This document shows, piece after piece, positions 37,101 to 46,910 of a stretch of 64,000 nucleotides of DNA. The position numbers and the translations under genes are program-made. The DNA is from an uncultured virus (IMG/VR IMGVR_UViG_3300033997_000210) (lineage: Duplodnaviria; Heunggongvirae; Uroviricota; Caudoviricetes): IMG/VR virus record IMGVR_UViG_3300033997_000210; one strand, given 5' to 3'. The first letter of the stretch is position 1, and each line of letters begins with the position of its first letter. The notes beneath the pieces are model-generated. The model did not search any database, was not told where the DNA came from, and was given only the letters and a program-made list of their open reading frames with translations.

Positions 37101-40100
37101 ATTGAAGAAGGCCTTGGCGAGCAAGGGAGGAACCTGGCCAAGGAAATCAGCGATCGAATGGACGCTGTCCTCGCAGAAGCCGCCGCACGTACTGAGGGAT
37201 TGTCGAAGGCTGCTCAGGACCTTGCGGCGGAGGCCAGCGCAAGAGCGCAGGCGGTTGAAGACGCGATGGATGCGGTCAGCGCAGAAGCTCGCGCGCGCGT
37301 TGATGCGATCCTGAATGAGAAGCTGGCGCGGGAAGCAGATATCAGCCGGGAGCAGCAGATTCGGCAGAGCGCCGACGAGTCCCTGGCCCGCGCGGTTTCC
37401 GAAGTCGCCGCCGGCAGTGGAACGCAGTTCGACAGCATCAAGCTGTGGCCGTTCAACCAGAACACGGAAGGATGGACTGGCAACGGTTCGCCGACCCTTG
37501 TAGATGGTTGGCTGCGGCCTGCCGATCACACTACTGCGCCCTGGGTGCAGTCGCCGGCCGCGCTGGCTGTCGACGGCAGCGCATATCGCTTCGTCAAGCT
37601 GCGCGTGAAGCGAGTAGGCACTCCGACGTGGGCTGGCGCCCTGCAGTGGACCACCGCCACGGACAAGACATGGAACACGCAGAAGCATGCCGCCATTCCG
37701 GAGCCGGCGTGGGACGTGAACGGCGTTGCCACCGTGGACGTGCAGGACATTGCGTGGTGGCCGGCCACTGTTGATGCGATCCGCCTACAGCTGGGGACGG
37801 CACAGGCGGTCGCGAACTACTACCTGATCGATTACATCGCTGTGGGGCGTCCGCAGCCGGGTGCGTCGGTCGCACTGGTGCAGGAGGAAACCCAGGCACG
37901 TATCACCGCAGATGCCGCCGAGGCGCTGCAGCGCAACACGCTGGCCGTTCAGATGCGAGGTAACTACACCGGAACGGATCCGCTGCAGCTGACTTCAGGC
38001 CTGGCATACGAAGAGCTGAAGGCCCGCGTGGCTGCGGACACCGCGCAGGTGCAGCGCATCAGCACGATGGAGGCCCGCATGCCGGCCGGGGCTGGTTCTC
38101 TGGCAACCGCTGCATCGGTTACGGCGCTACAGGAAGCTACCGCCACCACCACGAGCGCGCTGGCTCAGTCGATCACGACGATCAATGCCACCTTGCCGGC
38201 GATGATCTCGCAGGGCAGTAACATGGTCCTGAACGGCTCGTGGCAGGCGGGCAAGGACGTGGGCTGGACCTACGACCCGGGTGCAACCGGCACCAGTTGG
38301 CCGGCGGCGGAGGGACGTGCAGGTGGCATGTGCGTGCGCTTCGATCCCGGGACCATCCGGCAGAAGGTTGCGTATGCCAATGGCCGCACCACGATTTCGA
38401 CGAGCCCGGGCAAGAAGTATCGCTATAGCTGCTGGTATCGCAGCACCCCAGACTTCAATGGCACGTCAGGCAACAGCAAAATGCGACTGGCGAACCAGAA
38501 CGGGGAGCTGATCGGGGGTGCAACGTTCTTCGTCGCGGACAAAGCTGCCTGGACCTACCTCAGTGCCGTGTACGCGATACCGGACAACACGTCGATCACT
38601 GGGCTGCAGTTAGGCATCTATGCCGACAACACTGCGGGTACGTTGTGGGTTGACGATGTTGTGCTGGAGGAAGTGACCGAGCTGCTGGCGAACGCCCAGG
38701 CAATTTCTGACCTCAGCACGAAAGTGACGCAGCAGGGCGAGACGATCACCTCTCAGGCTGGGCTGTTGACGGCGCTTCGCAGCGACCTGACCAACGTTTC
38801 CGGAAGGACCGACGCCAACGCATCGGCGTTGCAGAACCTGACCACGCGGGTGACTACCGCTGAGGGCAAGATTGAGTCGACCTCGACCAGTGTCACCAAG
38901 CTGCAGTCGGAGATGAAGGCGAGCTTGGCTGGCGGCGGCGGCATGTTCCCGTCGGGGTCGTTTGAGCAGTTCGCGGATGGCCAGGTGTTGTCCCAAGGCT
39001 ATGGCACGACGTTCACCGTCAACACGTCGGCAAAGCGCAACGGAAATCGTGGCCTGTTGATTCAGGTGCCGTCTGACGCACGCCCTGATCTAAATGCGGA
39101 CTGCTATCCGGTCACCGAGTTCATTCCCCTCGTCGGAGTACGGCGCCTGTACATCGAGGCGTGGGCAGCACTTTCCTCTGGTAGCGTTGAAATCCCGCCC
39201 GACAACAAGAGCAACTTGCGTATCGGTGTCCAGACCTCTTCCGCAGGTGCGGGCGGCACGAGCAATGTTTGGACCACCGTAAATTGGGGTGTTGCCAGCC
39301 TGTCGAAAACTTCGTGGACGAAGGTGAGCGGGTATGTGACGACCAACGCGTCTGCGGCACAGGGGCGCTTGTTCGTTTCTCTCCCTGGTCACGCGACCGA
39401 CCCCAAGTCCCAACGCGTGATCGGGTCGATTCTGCTGCTGGATGACATTGTCATCACCGATGTAACTGAGGCCTATGGTGCACAGCAATCTTCGGAGGCG
39501 AACGCGCAAGCCATCACTGGGCTGGCCTCCAGGGTAACGAGCGCCGAGAACACCTTGGTCAGCACAGCAAGCCAGGTCACCGATCTAAATACCACCATCA
39601 CCACCACGTTCAACCGCGGCGACAACATCAACACCAATTCCGGTTTCGACGGCGGCATGGCCCCGTTCGTGAAGACGAACACGGGCGCTACCGGTGGTGA
39701 CATTGTGTGGTCCAACGGTGCGGGGCAGATCGGCTCGGCGGTAGACGTGACCGTGGTACAGAACGCGACCCAGTCGCCAGGTCTGTTCGCCAACGGCAAT
39801 CGTTGGTCGGGTATGAAGGCGGGCATCGGCCGCCGCATGCGCACCGTCGTTGTTGCTCGGGCAATCTCGGGCACGGCGTCGATCACGGCTCGCTGCCGTG
39901 TGCGTACGGGTGGGGTGGCTGGTGAGGGCAACAATGACCAGACAACCCCGAACCTGACCACAGAGTGGCAGCGATTCCAGCTAGAGCACCCCATCGGTGA
40001 CGATCGTACGGAAGTCCTGTCCCACGTCTGGGTGACGAACCGTGCAGGGTCTACGGGCCCGGCCCGAGTCCTGATTGACCGGATCGAGTTCTACGACATT

Positions 40101-41171
40101 ACCAACGAGGTCAAGATCACCGCCAATGCTGCTGCAACGGCAGGCCTCACCACGGAGGTAAACCAGCAGGGCAGCAAGCTGGACGCGACTGCGCAGGACC
40201 TGGTGAGCCTGAAGACGCAGGTGGGTGATGTGTCGGCCAGCGGCTTCAACCAGCTGAAGACCCAGGTCACGCAGCAGGGGCAAACGCAGGCGGCGCAAGC
40301 ACAGCAGATCACGGGCATCCAGACCTCACTGGGAGAAAAGGCCGATGCGGCTGTGGTGGTGGAGATGGGAACCAGCATCAAGAACCTTGGAGAGTCTGGC
40401 AACCTTCTGCAGAACTCCACGTTCCCGTTCTGGTCAAGGAACGGTTGGGAGTGGACGACAAACCCCGACAATTGGTGGAATGAACTCGGCAACCCGACAG
40501 GTGGCGGCGACTGGAACCCCCAGGGTGTGTTTGGCCTAGGAGCAGTAGCGAAGGGCGGCATGGCGGCCGGTCAGGTGTCATCGACATCCACGACCTACGA
40601 CACCGCCGTACTTCCAAACCGCACGTACTGTTTCAGCGTGTGGCTTCAGACGCATCGGTGTGATAGCCAGATCGAGATTGCATTCTATGATCGTGGTGGC
40701 AACCACCGGGGCAGCGCCTACAGCGGTTGGTCCCCCGCGAACGGTGGCAACGCGTCGTGGGGCTTGGACGCCATTCCGCGAACCTATGTGTTCGGAAAGG
40801 CACCGCCAGAAGCTACCTTCGCCCGAGTTCGTGTCTTCCTGCGAGGTGTTGGTGGCCTACAGGCTCCGTACTGGTGGATGTTCCGGCCGATGTTCAGTCA
40901 GGTGGCAGAGGGGGCGACTGCCCCGCCTGCATGGAACGCGGGTGGCCTTGAAGCGAACGCTAACTGGGGTGTGAACGTTCGTGCTGACGGGAAGATCGGC
41001 GGCATCCAGCTGGCGAGTAACGGTGCGATTTCGTCGTTCGACGTAGTGGCCGATGTGTTCCGTGTCTCCGCCCCTGGTAATGGGGGGCAGCGCACCGAGT
41101 ACAGCGACGGTCACTGGCGTTGCTTCTACCCGAATGGGCAGCTGGCCACGCGCATGGGCTGGTGGCAATAG
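34131..41171 (+). CDS. Tail tip / host specificity protein J with CBM-like modules, 2346 aa
   Basis: YEPLPLLFG and SSNPGA motifs, FN3-like region, coiled coils alternating with NxxxNxxF-type CBM-like domains. Confidence 0.92.
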   Translation: MGLMLPSTDPGRLIITPHPVMLDGQQNLEADLRPGESLYGFLARHVHGLDGQAWLVTIGGRPVERHLWCHVYPKHGQVIEIRGVVGRSAIRLVAMIALTYFTLGGAAIAGFSIGTSTVLGTAIARVAVYVAGSILINKVLGPKLPKAAEITPADTVFSLSAPRNRSRAYEPLPLLFGSVRIAPDVASKPYMNYEGDEQYLSLLLTPGLNVGRVEAIYNGDALLSSYEGVQVWYNGFPGMPNQAIPLYSNAGSVDGGVIYDTSSDPKHNPSKWVQRTSSPGAIRLQVNIDFRIFDADSKGREYENREQIQIQYRAVGESAWRPFGTYAVSGRTQKSRRATYGLDVAPGQYEVQLRTTGQNTDGNNAQASFTWTNLVSVLPDTASYDGIPRIGIRMKASGQLNGSPDEVRTVAHAQPIPVWKGDAIGWVTEESSNPGAQILAYARGIKSPAGVRIAGMGLPDSQIDVEALKAFTLHCAANGFTYDYLVTDKRNHQAVMDAIALAGFGQIAWPKGRLAVTWAADEQPLSGVVNMATIKKGQFQVEYTLANGADGIEYSYLDRATWEARTLRVPAPGVTTMLNPAQVTGEGVTSEAHAATLARWHLAQSLYQYKSISYSTDIEHLAYGRMSVLALQHDLTQWGFGGQVLSATMGPGRAVTLQLDVAVPGRAQASAYIGLRIPGERVYRVLKVVPFTGESDQLQLAEPWPADAALPGDSDGNPAWDTIWIYDFKQTPGYRVRVVSVQPENDLKGAAVDVVAEGPEFWHYVKTGQYIPPENGSQLATRPVASNLRITERQVVQGDTVFSELQASFDITGPVGEIRVLSDVDRNGELEQVASTSTRTASWRIPGAGVYPITVRPYNPDGLAGVAVTGTYTTRSAGAPPVLVDLFDVEERTGGVRLYTWGWLDGTAQSPDFAGVEIRYTEGNVLAPDWNAMMPVGQSGFHTAPFEAVVPASGHWTFACRSRNTSGDLSVAMQVIRKELRANLGEVIGGIEEGLGEQGRNLAKEISDRMDAVLAEAAARTEGLSKAAQDLAAEASARAQAVEDAMDAVSAEARARVDAILNEKLAREADISREQQIRQSADESLARAVSEVAAGSGTQFDSIKLWPFNQNTEGWTGNGSPTLVDGWLRPADHTTAPWVQSPAALAVDGSAYRFVKLRVKRVGTPTWAGALQWTTATDKTWNTQKHAAIPEPAWDVNGVATVDVQDIAWWPATVDAIRLQLGTAQAVANYYLIDYIAVGRPQPGASVALVQEETQARITADAAEALQRNTLAVQMRGNYTGTDPLQLTSGLAYEELKARVAADTAQVQRISTMEARMPAGAGSLATAASVTALQEATATTTSALAQSITTINATLPAMISQGSNMVLNGSWQAGKDVGWTYDPGATGTSWPAAEGRAGGMCVRFDPGTIRQKVAYANGRTTISTSPGKKYRYSCWYRSTPDFNGTSGNSKMRLANQNGELIGGATFFVADKAAWTYLSAVYAIPDNTSITGLQLGIYADNTAGTLWVDDVVLEEVTELLANAQAISDLSTKVTQQGETITSQAGLLTALRSDLTNVSGRTDANASALQNLTTRVTTAEGKIESTSTSVTKLQSEMKASLAGGGGMFPSGSFEQFADGQVLSQGYGTTFTVNTSAKRNGNRGLLIQVPSDARPDLNADCYPVTEFIPLVGVRRLYIEAWAALSSGSVEIPPDNKSNLRIGVQTSSAGAGGTSNVWTTVNWGVASLSKTSWTKVSGYVTTNASAAQGRLFVSLPGHATDPKSQRVIGSILLLDDIVITDVTEAYGAQQSSEANAQAITGLASRVTSAENTLVSTASQVTDLNTTITTTFNRGDNINTNSGFDGGMAPFVKTNTGATGGDIVWSNGAGQIGSAVDVTVVQNATQSPGLFANGNRWSGMKAGIGRRMRTVVVARAISGTASITARCRVRTGGVAGEGNNDQTTPNLTTEWQRFQLEHPIGDDRTEVLSHVWVTNRAGSTGPARVLIDRIEFYDITNEVKITANAAATAGLTTEVNQQGSKLDATAQDLVSLKTQVGDVSASGFNQLKTQVTQQGQTQAAQAQQITGIQTSLGEKADAAVVVEMGTSIKNLGESGNLLQNSTFPFWSRNGWEWTTNPDNWWNELGNPTGGGDWNPQGVFGLGAVAKGGMAAGQVSSTSTTYDTAVLPNRTYCFSVWLQTHRCDSQIEIAFYDRGGNHRGSAYSGWSPANGGNASWGLDAIPRTYVFGKAPPEATFARVRVFLRGVGGLQAPYWWMFRPMFSQVAEGATAPPAWNAGGLEANANWGVNVRADGKIGGIQLASNGAISSFDVVADVFRVSAPGNGGQRTEYSDGHWRCFYPNGQLATRMGWWQ

Positions 41172-41226
41172 CGAAAAGGCGGGAGGGGCAAACGTCCTCC
41201 CGTCAATCAATAGAGGAGTAGAGCGC

Positions 41227-41526
41227 ATGCCTGCGGGCATCCAGACCTTCAATCTCGATGGGTCGCTGGAGATTGATTACACGACCCGCCTGGGGCTGTT
41301 CATCGGCACGGTTCAGACCGACGCCGTGCACGGCAATTCGACTTGGGTAGGGCCGCTGCCACCAGGGGACTTCTTCTTCTACGTGGTGCCTCCGCCTGCG
41401 CAGCCTGGCCGCACGCCGACCGTTTGGTACTCAGATGGCCGTGTGTACTGGGGCACGGATGTGGATGGCAATGGGCAGCCGGTCTTTACCCTGGTCCCGG
41501 CAACTGTTCTTTACGGGGTGCATTGA
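41227..41526 (+). CDS. Small tail-associated protein
   Basis: MPAGIQTF..DG...IDYTTRL...VLYGVH; GAGGAG SD. Confidence 0.75.
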   Translation: MPAGIQTFNLDGSLEIDYTTRLGLFIGTVQTDAVHGNSTWVGPLPPGDFFFYVVPPPAQPGRTPTVWYSDGRVYWGTDVDGNGQPVFTLVPATVLYGVH

Positions 41527-41527
41527 A

Positions 41528-42214
41528 ATGCTGGTCGGAGGGTTTGAGGCATACACCCCGTACGGGACGGTGCAGGTCCGAAGCGATCTGCTCAACTTCC
41601 ATCTGCGCCACAAGTGGGATTTCAACGAGACGGGAGCAGTTGCCTACCAGGTATCGGGCATTGTCGTAACCCGATACGTCACGCGGGAGTTCCAAGCCAA
41701 GAGCCCCATAGTTGCGGTCACCGGTCCGAACAACAACTTCGGGCTCAGCGTGATTCTGACCAACCTCGGCGGCAACAACTGGCGAGTGTCGGCCTACACG
41801 GGCTCATCGATTGTGTTCGGCACGGTGTGGGTATACGACTCGGTTGTGACTGGAACGCCGGGCAAGACCGGGATCGAGGTCTACCGAGAGCACACCGGCG
41901 AGCTGGCTTTCGCTTCCTGGGCAAAGCCCCTTCGCATCGTAGGCGTGACAACTGCCCCGTTCGGGGCGGCAGAGGGCGCCTACATGCAGGTCCCGGCTGG
42001 TCGGCGCTACGCGGTGATCTCGTCTCGTTCGTGTCAGCGGATTGAGCGTGGCGTGGGCTTCCGCCTGACCGGGCCGCAGGGGGATGGGACCGGTGGGGGA
42101 AGTTCGGGGCGCTTCTACTACGCCGGCGCTGCCGCTTTGATCCCCCAGTCCGACAACGCTACGCAGTTCAGCGCATCCGGCCACTTCGTACTGATCGACG
42201 TGACCGGCCACTGA
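41528..42214 (+). CDS. Tail-associated protein
   Basis: GIEVYREHTGELAFASWAKPLRIV...LIDVTG. Confidence 0.7.
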   Translation: MLVGGFEAYTPYGTVQVRSDLLNFHLRHKWDFNETGAVAYQVSGIVVTRYVTREFQAKSPIVAVTGPNNNFGLSVILTNLGGNNWRVSAYTGSSIVFGTVWVYDSVVTGTPGKTGIEVYREHTGELAFASWAKPLRIVGVTTAPFGAAEGAYMQVPAGRRYAVISSRSCQRIERGVGFRLTGPQGDGTGGGSSGRFYYAGAAALIPQSDNATQFSASGHFVLIDVTGH

Positions 42215-42262
42215 GCCGCAGCGTCACGACGAATGAACGTCGGGGCGTGTCAGATTGCGCCC

Positions 42263-43195
42263 ATGTGCTATTCCGCCCAGATCACCGCCGCCTATCAGAA
42301 GCTGGTCCGGATGACCGGCGCCACGCTGTCGCTGCAGGAGTTCGCCGCTCTCTACGCCCACGACCCGGGCAAGAAGCGGCCCAAGACCCCGAAGGCGATG
42401 GACGACGCCTTCCGGGCCGGCGCGAGCCCGGCGGAGCTGGCGGTGTGGGCTGAGGTGGAGCAGTGGAACCGAGCCGAGGCCGCGGTACTGGAGCAGGAGC
42501 TGTTTGCCAACCGCAAGCGCTTGGCCGACGCCGAGCGCGCGTTGCAGGTGAAGGAAACCAAGAAGGCCCGGGAAGATGTTCGGATCGCCGGCAATAAGAT
42601 CGAGCGGGCCCTGGCCAAGCTGGCCGACCTGAAGCGCACCGAGCCGAAGGACCGCGATAGCCGTATCTTCCCAGGCGTATATGCCCCGGTGATCGTCTCC
42701 GAGGGCGGGAAGCTGGTCATCAAGCCGATGCGCTACCAGTGCCGCCTGGCTGGAAAGCCGGCCAACTATGACCAACGCTTCCCCGGTACCTACAACGCCC
42801 GTCGCGACAGCCTGGAGAAGTTCTGGGCACCGGCCTTTGGCCACACCCACGGGCTGATGGTGGTGGACACGTTCTATGAAAACGTCGAGGGGCCGGACGG
42901 GAAGAACCAGGTGGTGCAGTTCACGCCGCGCACTGGCGAGCCCATGCTGGTAGCGTGCCTGTGGTCGCACTGGAAGGATCCGGCCGGCAAGGAGCCGGAT
43001 CTGCTGTCGTTCGCCGCCATCACCGACGACCCGGAGCCCGAGGTGGCCGCCGCCGGCCACGACCGGACCATCATCAACATCAAACCCGAGCATGTGGATG
43101 CCTGGCTCAACCCGGATCCGGGCGACCTGGCCACGCTCTATCGGATCTTTGACGACAAGCGACACCCGTTCTACGAGCACAAGCTGGCCGCATAG
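42263..43195 (+). CDS. SRAP (YedK/HMCES) abasic-site processing protein
   Basis: Cys2 (MCYS), YNARRD, FYEN and AAGHDR motifs. Confidence 0.88.
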   Translation: MCYSAQITAAYQKLVRMTGATLSLQEFAALYAHDPGKKRPKTPKAMDDAFRAGASPAELAVWAEVEQWNRAEAAVLEQELFANRKRLADAERALQVKETKKAREDVRIAGNKIERALAKLADLKRTEPKDRDSRIFPGVYAPVIVSEGGKLVIKPMRYQCRLAGKPANYDQRFPGTYNARRDSLEKFWAPAFGHTHGLMVVDTFYENVEGPDGKNQVVQFTPRTGEPMLVACLWSHWKDPAGKEPDLLSFAAITDDPEPEVAAAGHDRTIINIKPEHVDAWLNPDPGDLATLYRIFDDKRHPFYEHKLAA

Positions 43196-43498
43196 GGAGA
43201 ACCCCGAACGTCAGTGGGTGTTTGCCCGATAGCGGAGACCTGCCCGAAAAGGCATCCTGACCTTGCCGGATCCGGGGCCGCAGGCAGCTCAACCCGGGGG
43301 CGCGTGAGCAGCGCCACGCCGGCGCCTCTACCGGCAGCGCCTTGCCCGCCAACGGTGTTCGTGTCATATCTGGCTATGACGGCCTTCCGCCTGCATTGAG
43401 CCCTTCAGGTGACATCGACGCAGAAGGGGTAACATATCAGGCCGGCCGTACTGGGCCCGTCGTTCCCCCTGCACACTGGACGTTTGGGTGAGGAATCT

Positions 43499-44437
43499 AT
43501 GCTTGTAGAGTGCTCACAGCAGCCTGAGATGAACCAAGTCTCTGACTATTCAATTTTTTCGGCTCCACCGATCGAGCTCCGTCGCGAGATGGCGGCTTAT
43601 GAGTCGTTGTGGCTGGGGCAAGGTGCTTGGTTCAAGAACATTGCGCAACTGTTCGCCGAAAACCCTGGCCGGGTGCCGTCAGAGTTGGTGTCCAAACTGG
43701 AAGTGCGGGACACGTGGAAGCGGCTCCTCGAGGAGGTTGGAGCTGATCGTCTGAAGGAGGTCGGGGTCCGCGTCCATGGCGCCGGTGAGTACCCGGCCAA
43801 GCTCCGAGAGGCAGATCACCCGATTGAGCTTCTCTATTACAGAGGAGATTGGGAGCTGGTCGATACGCGTGGCGTCGCCGTCGTCGGCACGCGCAATCCC
43901 TCTCCGGAGGGAGCGGCCAATGCTCGTCGCATCGCTATCGCGTTAGTGAAGCACGGTTTCACGGTGGTTTCAGGTCTGGCACGTGGTATTGACTCCGCCG
44001 CCCACGCCGGGGCGCTGGAGGCAGGTGGCCGAACCATCGCTGTCATTGGGACACCGCTCTTTGACTACTACCCGCGCGAGAACGCCGCTCTGCAAGAGAG
44101 TTTGGCCAAAGATCACTTGGTGATATCGCAGGTGCCTTTCTTGCGCTACAAGCAGCAACACTACAAGGCGAACAGCCTGTTCTTCCCTGCACGTAACGTG
44201 ACAATGTCTGCTCTGACGGAGGCAACCATCATCGTCGAGGCTGGGAACACCTCTGGAACTCTGGTCCAAGCGAGAGCTGCCCTCGCCCAAGGAAGGAAGC
44301 TATTCATTTTGGACAACTGTTTCCGACGAGAAGATTTGAGCTGGCCCAAGAAATATGAGGCGCAAGGCGCCATCCGCGTTCGTAATGTGACCGAGATCAT
44401 GGAAGCTCTGGGTAGTTATGCGCCTGCAGACCCTTGA
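43499..44437 (+). CDS. DprA/Smf-like SLOG protein (ShosA-like)
   Basis: VAVVGTR, VVSGLARGIDSAAH, FFPARN and IIVEAGNTSGTL motifs. Confidence 0.9.
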   Translation: MLVECSQQPEMNQVSDYSIFSAPPIELRREMAAYESLWLGQGAWFKNIAQLFAENPGRVPSELVSKLEVRDTWKRLLEEVGADRLKEVGVRVHGAGEYPAKLREADHPIELLYYRGDWELVDTRGVAVVGTRNPSPEGAANARRIAIALVKHGFTVVSGLARGIDSAAHAGALEAGGRTIAVIGTPLFDYYPRENAALQESLAKDHLVISQVPFLRYKQQHYKANSLFFPARNVTMSALTEATIIVEAGNTSGTLVQARAALAQGRKLFILDNCFRREDLSWPKKYEAQGAIRVRNVTEIMEALGSYAPADP

Positions 44438-45098
44438 ACCGAAGAACTACACTTACTTAGAAACTGGCGACCAGTGCTTTCACTATGGGGAATACACAAG
44501 TGAAGGCGGCTACCAAGCCAGTGACACCAATCAGCAAATTCTGAACTTGAAGAAGAAGCCGACCGTGAGTGAGGGTCAGCTCTACTACAAGAAGCAGGCG
44601 ATTGAGTATTGGGGTCGAGCGCTAGAAAGCGTCATCGACCTTAGTAAAACCATTGGTTCGCACACCTTTGTGCCAATGCCTGGATCCAAGCCGGCAGGAC
44701 ACGCCGAGTTTGACGATCGAATGCTCAGGGTGCTTAAGCGCATGGCTGTGGGCGCGCCGAAGGTAGATATCAGGCCACTATTGGTTCAGACCGTAGAGCG
44801 GGACGCGCAGCATCATGGTCACCGCCTTACGCCAGATGAGCTCTGTGAGACTTTGGCTGTGGACCCCAAGTTCCTGAGCCCGCCCTTGGCCCAGAACATC
44901 ATTGTGGTTGACGACGTAATCACGATGGGGGCTTCTTTCGCAGCCGCAAAGCGGCTCCTGATCGGCCTTCCCAATGTGAAAAGCGTAGTGGGTATCTTCT
45001 TGGCGAAAACGGTTTGGCCTGCGCCCGAATTTCCTGTGCTATCCCCCGAAGAGGTTCGTCGTCTTCTCGATCCTGCAGCGAAGCGGGCGCAAGGCTGA
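44418..45098 (+). CDS. Phosphoribosyltransferase (ShosT-like toxin)
   Basis: IIVVDDVITMGASF PRPP-binding motif; overlaps the stop of the DprA-like gene. Confidence 0.85.
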   Translation: MRLQTLEPKNYTYLETGDQCFHYGEYTSEGGYQASDTNQQILNLKKKPTVSEGQLYYKKQAIEYWGRALESVIDLSKTIGSHTFVPMPGSKPAGHAEFDDRMLRVLKRMAVGAPKVDIRPLLVQTVERDAQHHGHRLTPDELCETLAVDPKFLSPPLAQNIIVVDDVITMGASFAAAKRLLIGLPNVKSVVGIFLAKTVWPAPEFPVLSPEEVRRLLDPAAKRAQG

Positions 45099-45144
45099 CG
45101 ACCCGCGGTGCTGCTAGCTGATGCTTGCGTAACTTGGTCGGCGG

Positions 45145-46395
45145 TCAGCAGCGAACTTGTGGTATCTCATCGATGGAAGTGGTGTAGTTGGGCGAGAGCA
45201 TGTGCTGCCGCATTCCCCAGGCTGGCCGTGCCTGCCAGCCTGATGCGCCAAGGCCGGCCGTGCCGCGCCCGAACTTCTGATTGATGCGGTCCATGGTGGC
45301 CATCAGCGTGTCATTGCCGACCACCGTCGGCCCGAAGAGATCCGCCTGCAGCTCATCCGGCCGGGCTAGGTCGAGCAGCGCCACGCCTGCCTTCTTGTAT
45401 CCGATCCCGTCGCGGAGCAGGCCGCGGAGCATCTTGCGCACGACGGCCAGCACCACCGTGGTGTCTGCCGTCGACGCGGGCAGGCCCACGGTCCTGCTGG
45501 CGTTGTGCTGCCGGAGCTCTGGCCGAAACACGTCGGACTGCGCGAACACCCAGACGCCAGCGGCAACCAAGCCGCGCGCGCGGAGCTTCTCGCAGGCCCT
45601 GATGGCAAAGGTAGCCAGCGCCTGAGCCACCGCATCATGGTCTTCCACCCGGTCCGCGAAGGATCGGCTCACCATGATCTGCTGCCGATCCGGCTCGACT
45701 TCCTCCAGCTCCATGCACGCGTGTCCCTGAAGCTCGCGCTGGGTGCGTGCCAATGTGACCCCGAAGGTGGCCAGGATGTCGTCCGCCGGAGCGTCGCGTA
45801 ATGCTGCCGCGGTGCTGATGCCCATGGATTCCAACCGCGGTGCCAGCCGGCGCCCGACGCCCCATAGATCACCGACCGTGAATGTCCGCAGCACTGTGTC
45901 CCGGTAGGACGCATTGCCGAGGTCGATCACGCCGTCAGCACCCTTGGCCACCTTGTTGGCCAACTTGGCCAGAGTCTTCGTGGGGCCAATGCCGATGCAA
46001 TTCGGTATGCCGGTCCACCGGTGCACACGTTGGCGCAGATCCCGCGCGAACCGCTCGCGATCCCGAATTCCGTCCAGGTCGATGAAGCTCTCATCGATGC
46101 TGTAGACCTCGACCCGCGGCGCGGCCTCCCGTAGAACGCTCACGACCCGGGCGCTCATGTCTCCATAGAGCCCGAAGTTGGCCGAGCGCATCTGGAGGCC
46201 ATGCCGGCGCACTAGGTGCTTCAGTTCGTGAGCGGGCTGGCCCATCTTGATGCCGAGCGCCTTGGCCTCGGCCGAGCGCGCGATCGCGCAGCCGTCGTTG
46301 TTGCTCAGCACCACCAGCGGAACGCCGCGAAGGCCCGGCTGGAACACGCGCTCGCAGCTGGCGTAGAAGTTGTTGCCGTCAACGAGCCCGAACAC
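45145..46395 (-). CDS. umuC: Y-family DNA polymerase V large subunit
   Basis: LVDGNNFYASCE, VLSNNDGC, YSIDESF and LSPNYTT motifs; GTG start. Confidence 0.95.
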   Translation of the reverse strand: MFGLVDGNNFYASCERVFQPGLRGVPLVVLSNNDGCAIARSAEAKALGIKMGQPAHELKHLVRRHGLQMRSANFGLYGDMSARVVSVLREAAPRVEVYSIDESFIDLDGIRDRERFARDLRQRVHRWTGIPNCIGIGPTKTLAKLANKVAKGADGVIDLGNASYRDTVLRTFTVGDLWGVGRRLAPRLESMGISTAAALRDAPADDILATFGVTLARTQRELQGHACMELEEVEPDRQQIMVSRSFADRVEDHDAVAQALATFAIRACEKLRARGLVAAGVWVFAQSDVFRPELRQHNASRTVGLPASTADTTVVLAVVRKMLRGLLRDGIGYKKAGVALLDLARPDELQADLFGPTVVGNDTLMATMDRINQKFGRGTAGLGASGWQARPAWGMRQHMLSPNYTTSIDEIPQVRC

Positions 46396-46861
46396 GACCG
46401 CTCCGGCGTTTGATCTGGCGGACGACTCCAACGACAGCGAACACTTCCACTTCGGTGGATTGCTCCAGCACGATGGGGGGGAAGTCCGGATTGGCCGAGT
46501 GCAGCTCCATGTGGCTTTCAAAGAGCTGAAGCACCTTGCAGGTGGGCTGGTTCCCGTCCCAGATGGCAATGACCAGGTCCCCGGCCTGGGGGGTTACGGA
46601 CCGGTCGACCACCAGGATGTCCCCGTCGCTGACGCCGGCGCCGCTCATGGACCAGCCATCGGCGCGGTACAGGAATGTGGCGGCGGGATTGCGCACCAGC
46701 AGGCGATGCAGGTCGATCGCATCGTCCATGAAGTCGTCGGCCGGCGAAGGGAAGCCAAGCCGCGCGCGCGCTGCGGCAAGGGGCACGAACTGCGCCGGGC
46801 CATCGATCATGGCCGGGCCGATGGGGCGGGCCAGCGTGTGTGAGTAGGGAAGGGACTGCAT
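46379..46861 (-). CDS. umuD: UmuD-like S24 autopeptidase
   Basis: GFPSPADDF, GWSM (catalytic Ser), DGDILVVDRS and TCK (catalytic Lys). Confidence 0.92.
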   Translation of the reverse strand: MQSLPYSHTLARPIGPAMIDGPAQFVPLAAARARLGFPSPADDFMDDAIDLHRLLVRNPAATFLYRADGWSMSGAGVSDGDILVVDRSVTPQAGDLVIAIWDGNQPTCKVLQLFESHMELHSANPDFPPIVLEQSTEVEVFAVVGVVRQIKRRSGRVRAR

Positions 46862-46910
46862 GGGCGTACTCTGGTAGCGGCATGTCTCACGGGTCGAGAC
46901 GGGGCGCATG

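Noticed and set aside
34131..43195. Diversity-generating retroelement or invertible tail cassette
   Set aside because: No reverse transcriptase or invertase gene, and no template/variable repeat pair or flanking inverted repeats were seen.
43499..45098. Competence genes dprA/comF
   Set aside because: Prophage moron context, and the PRTase lacks the ComF zinc finger; a defence toxin-antitoxin pair fits better.
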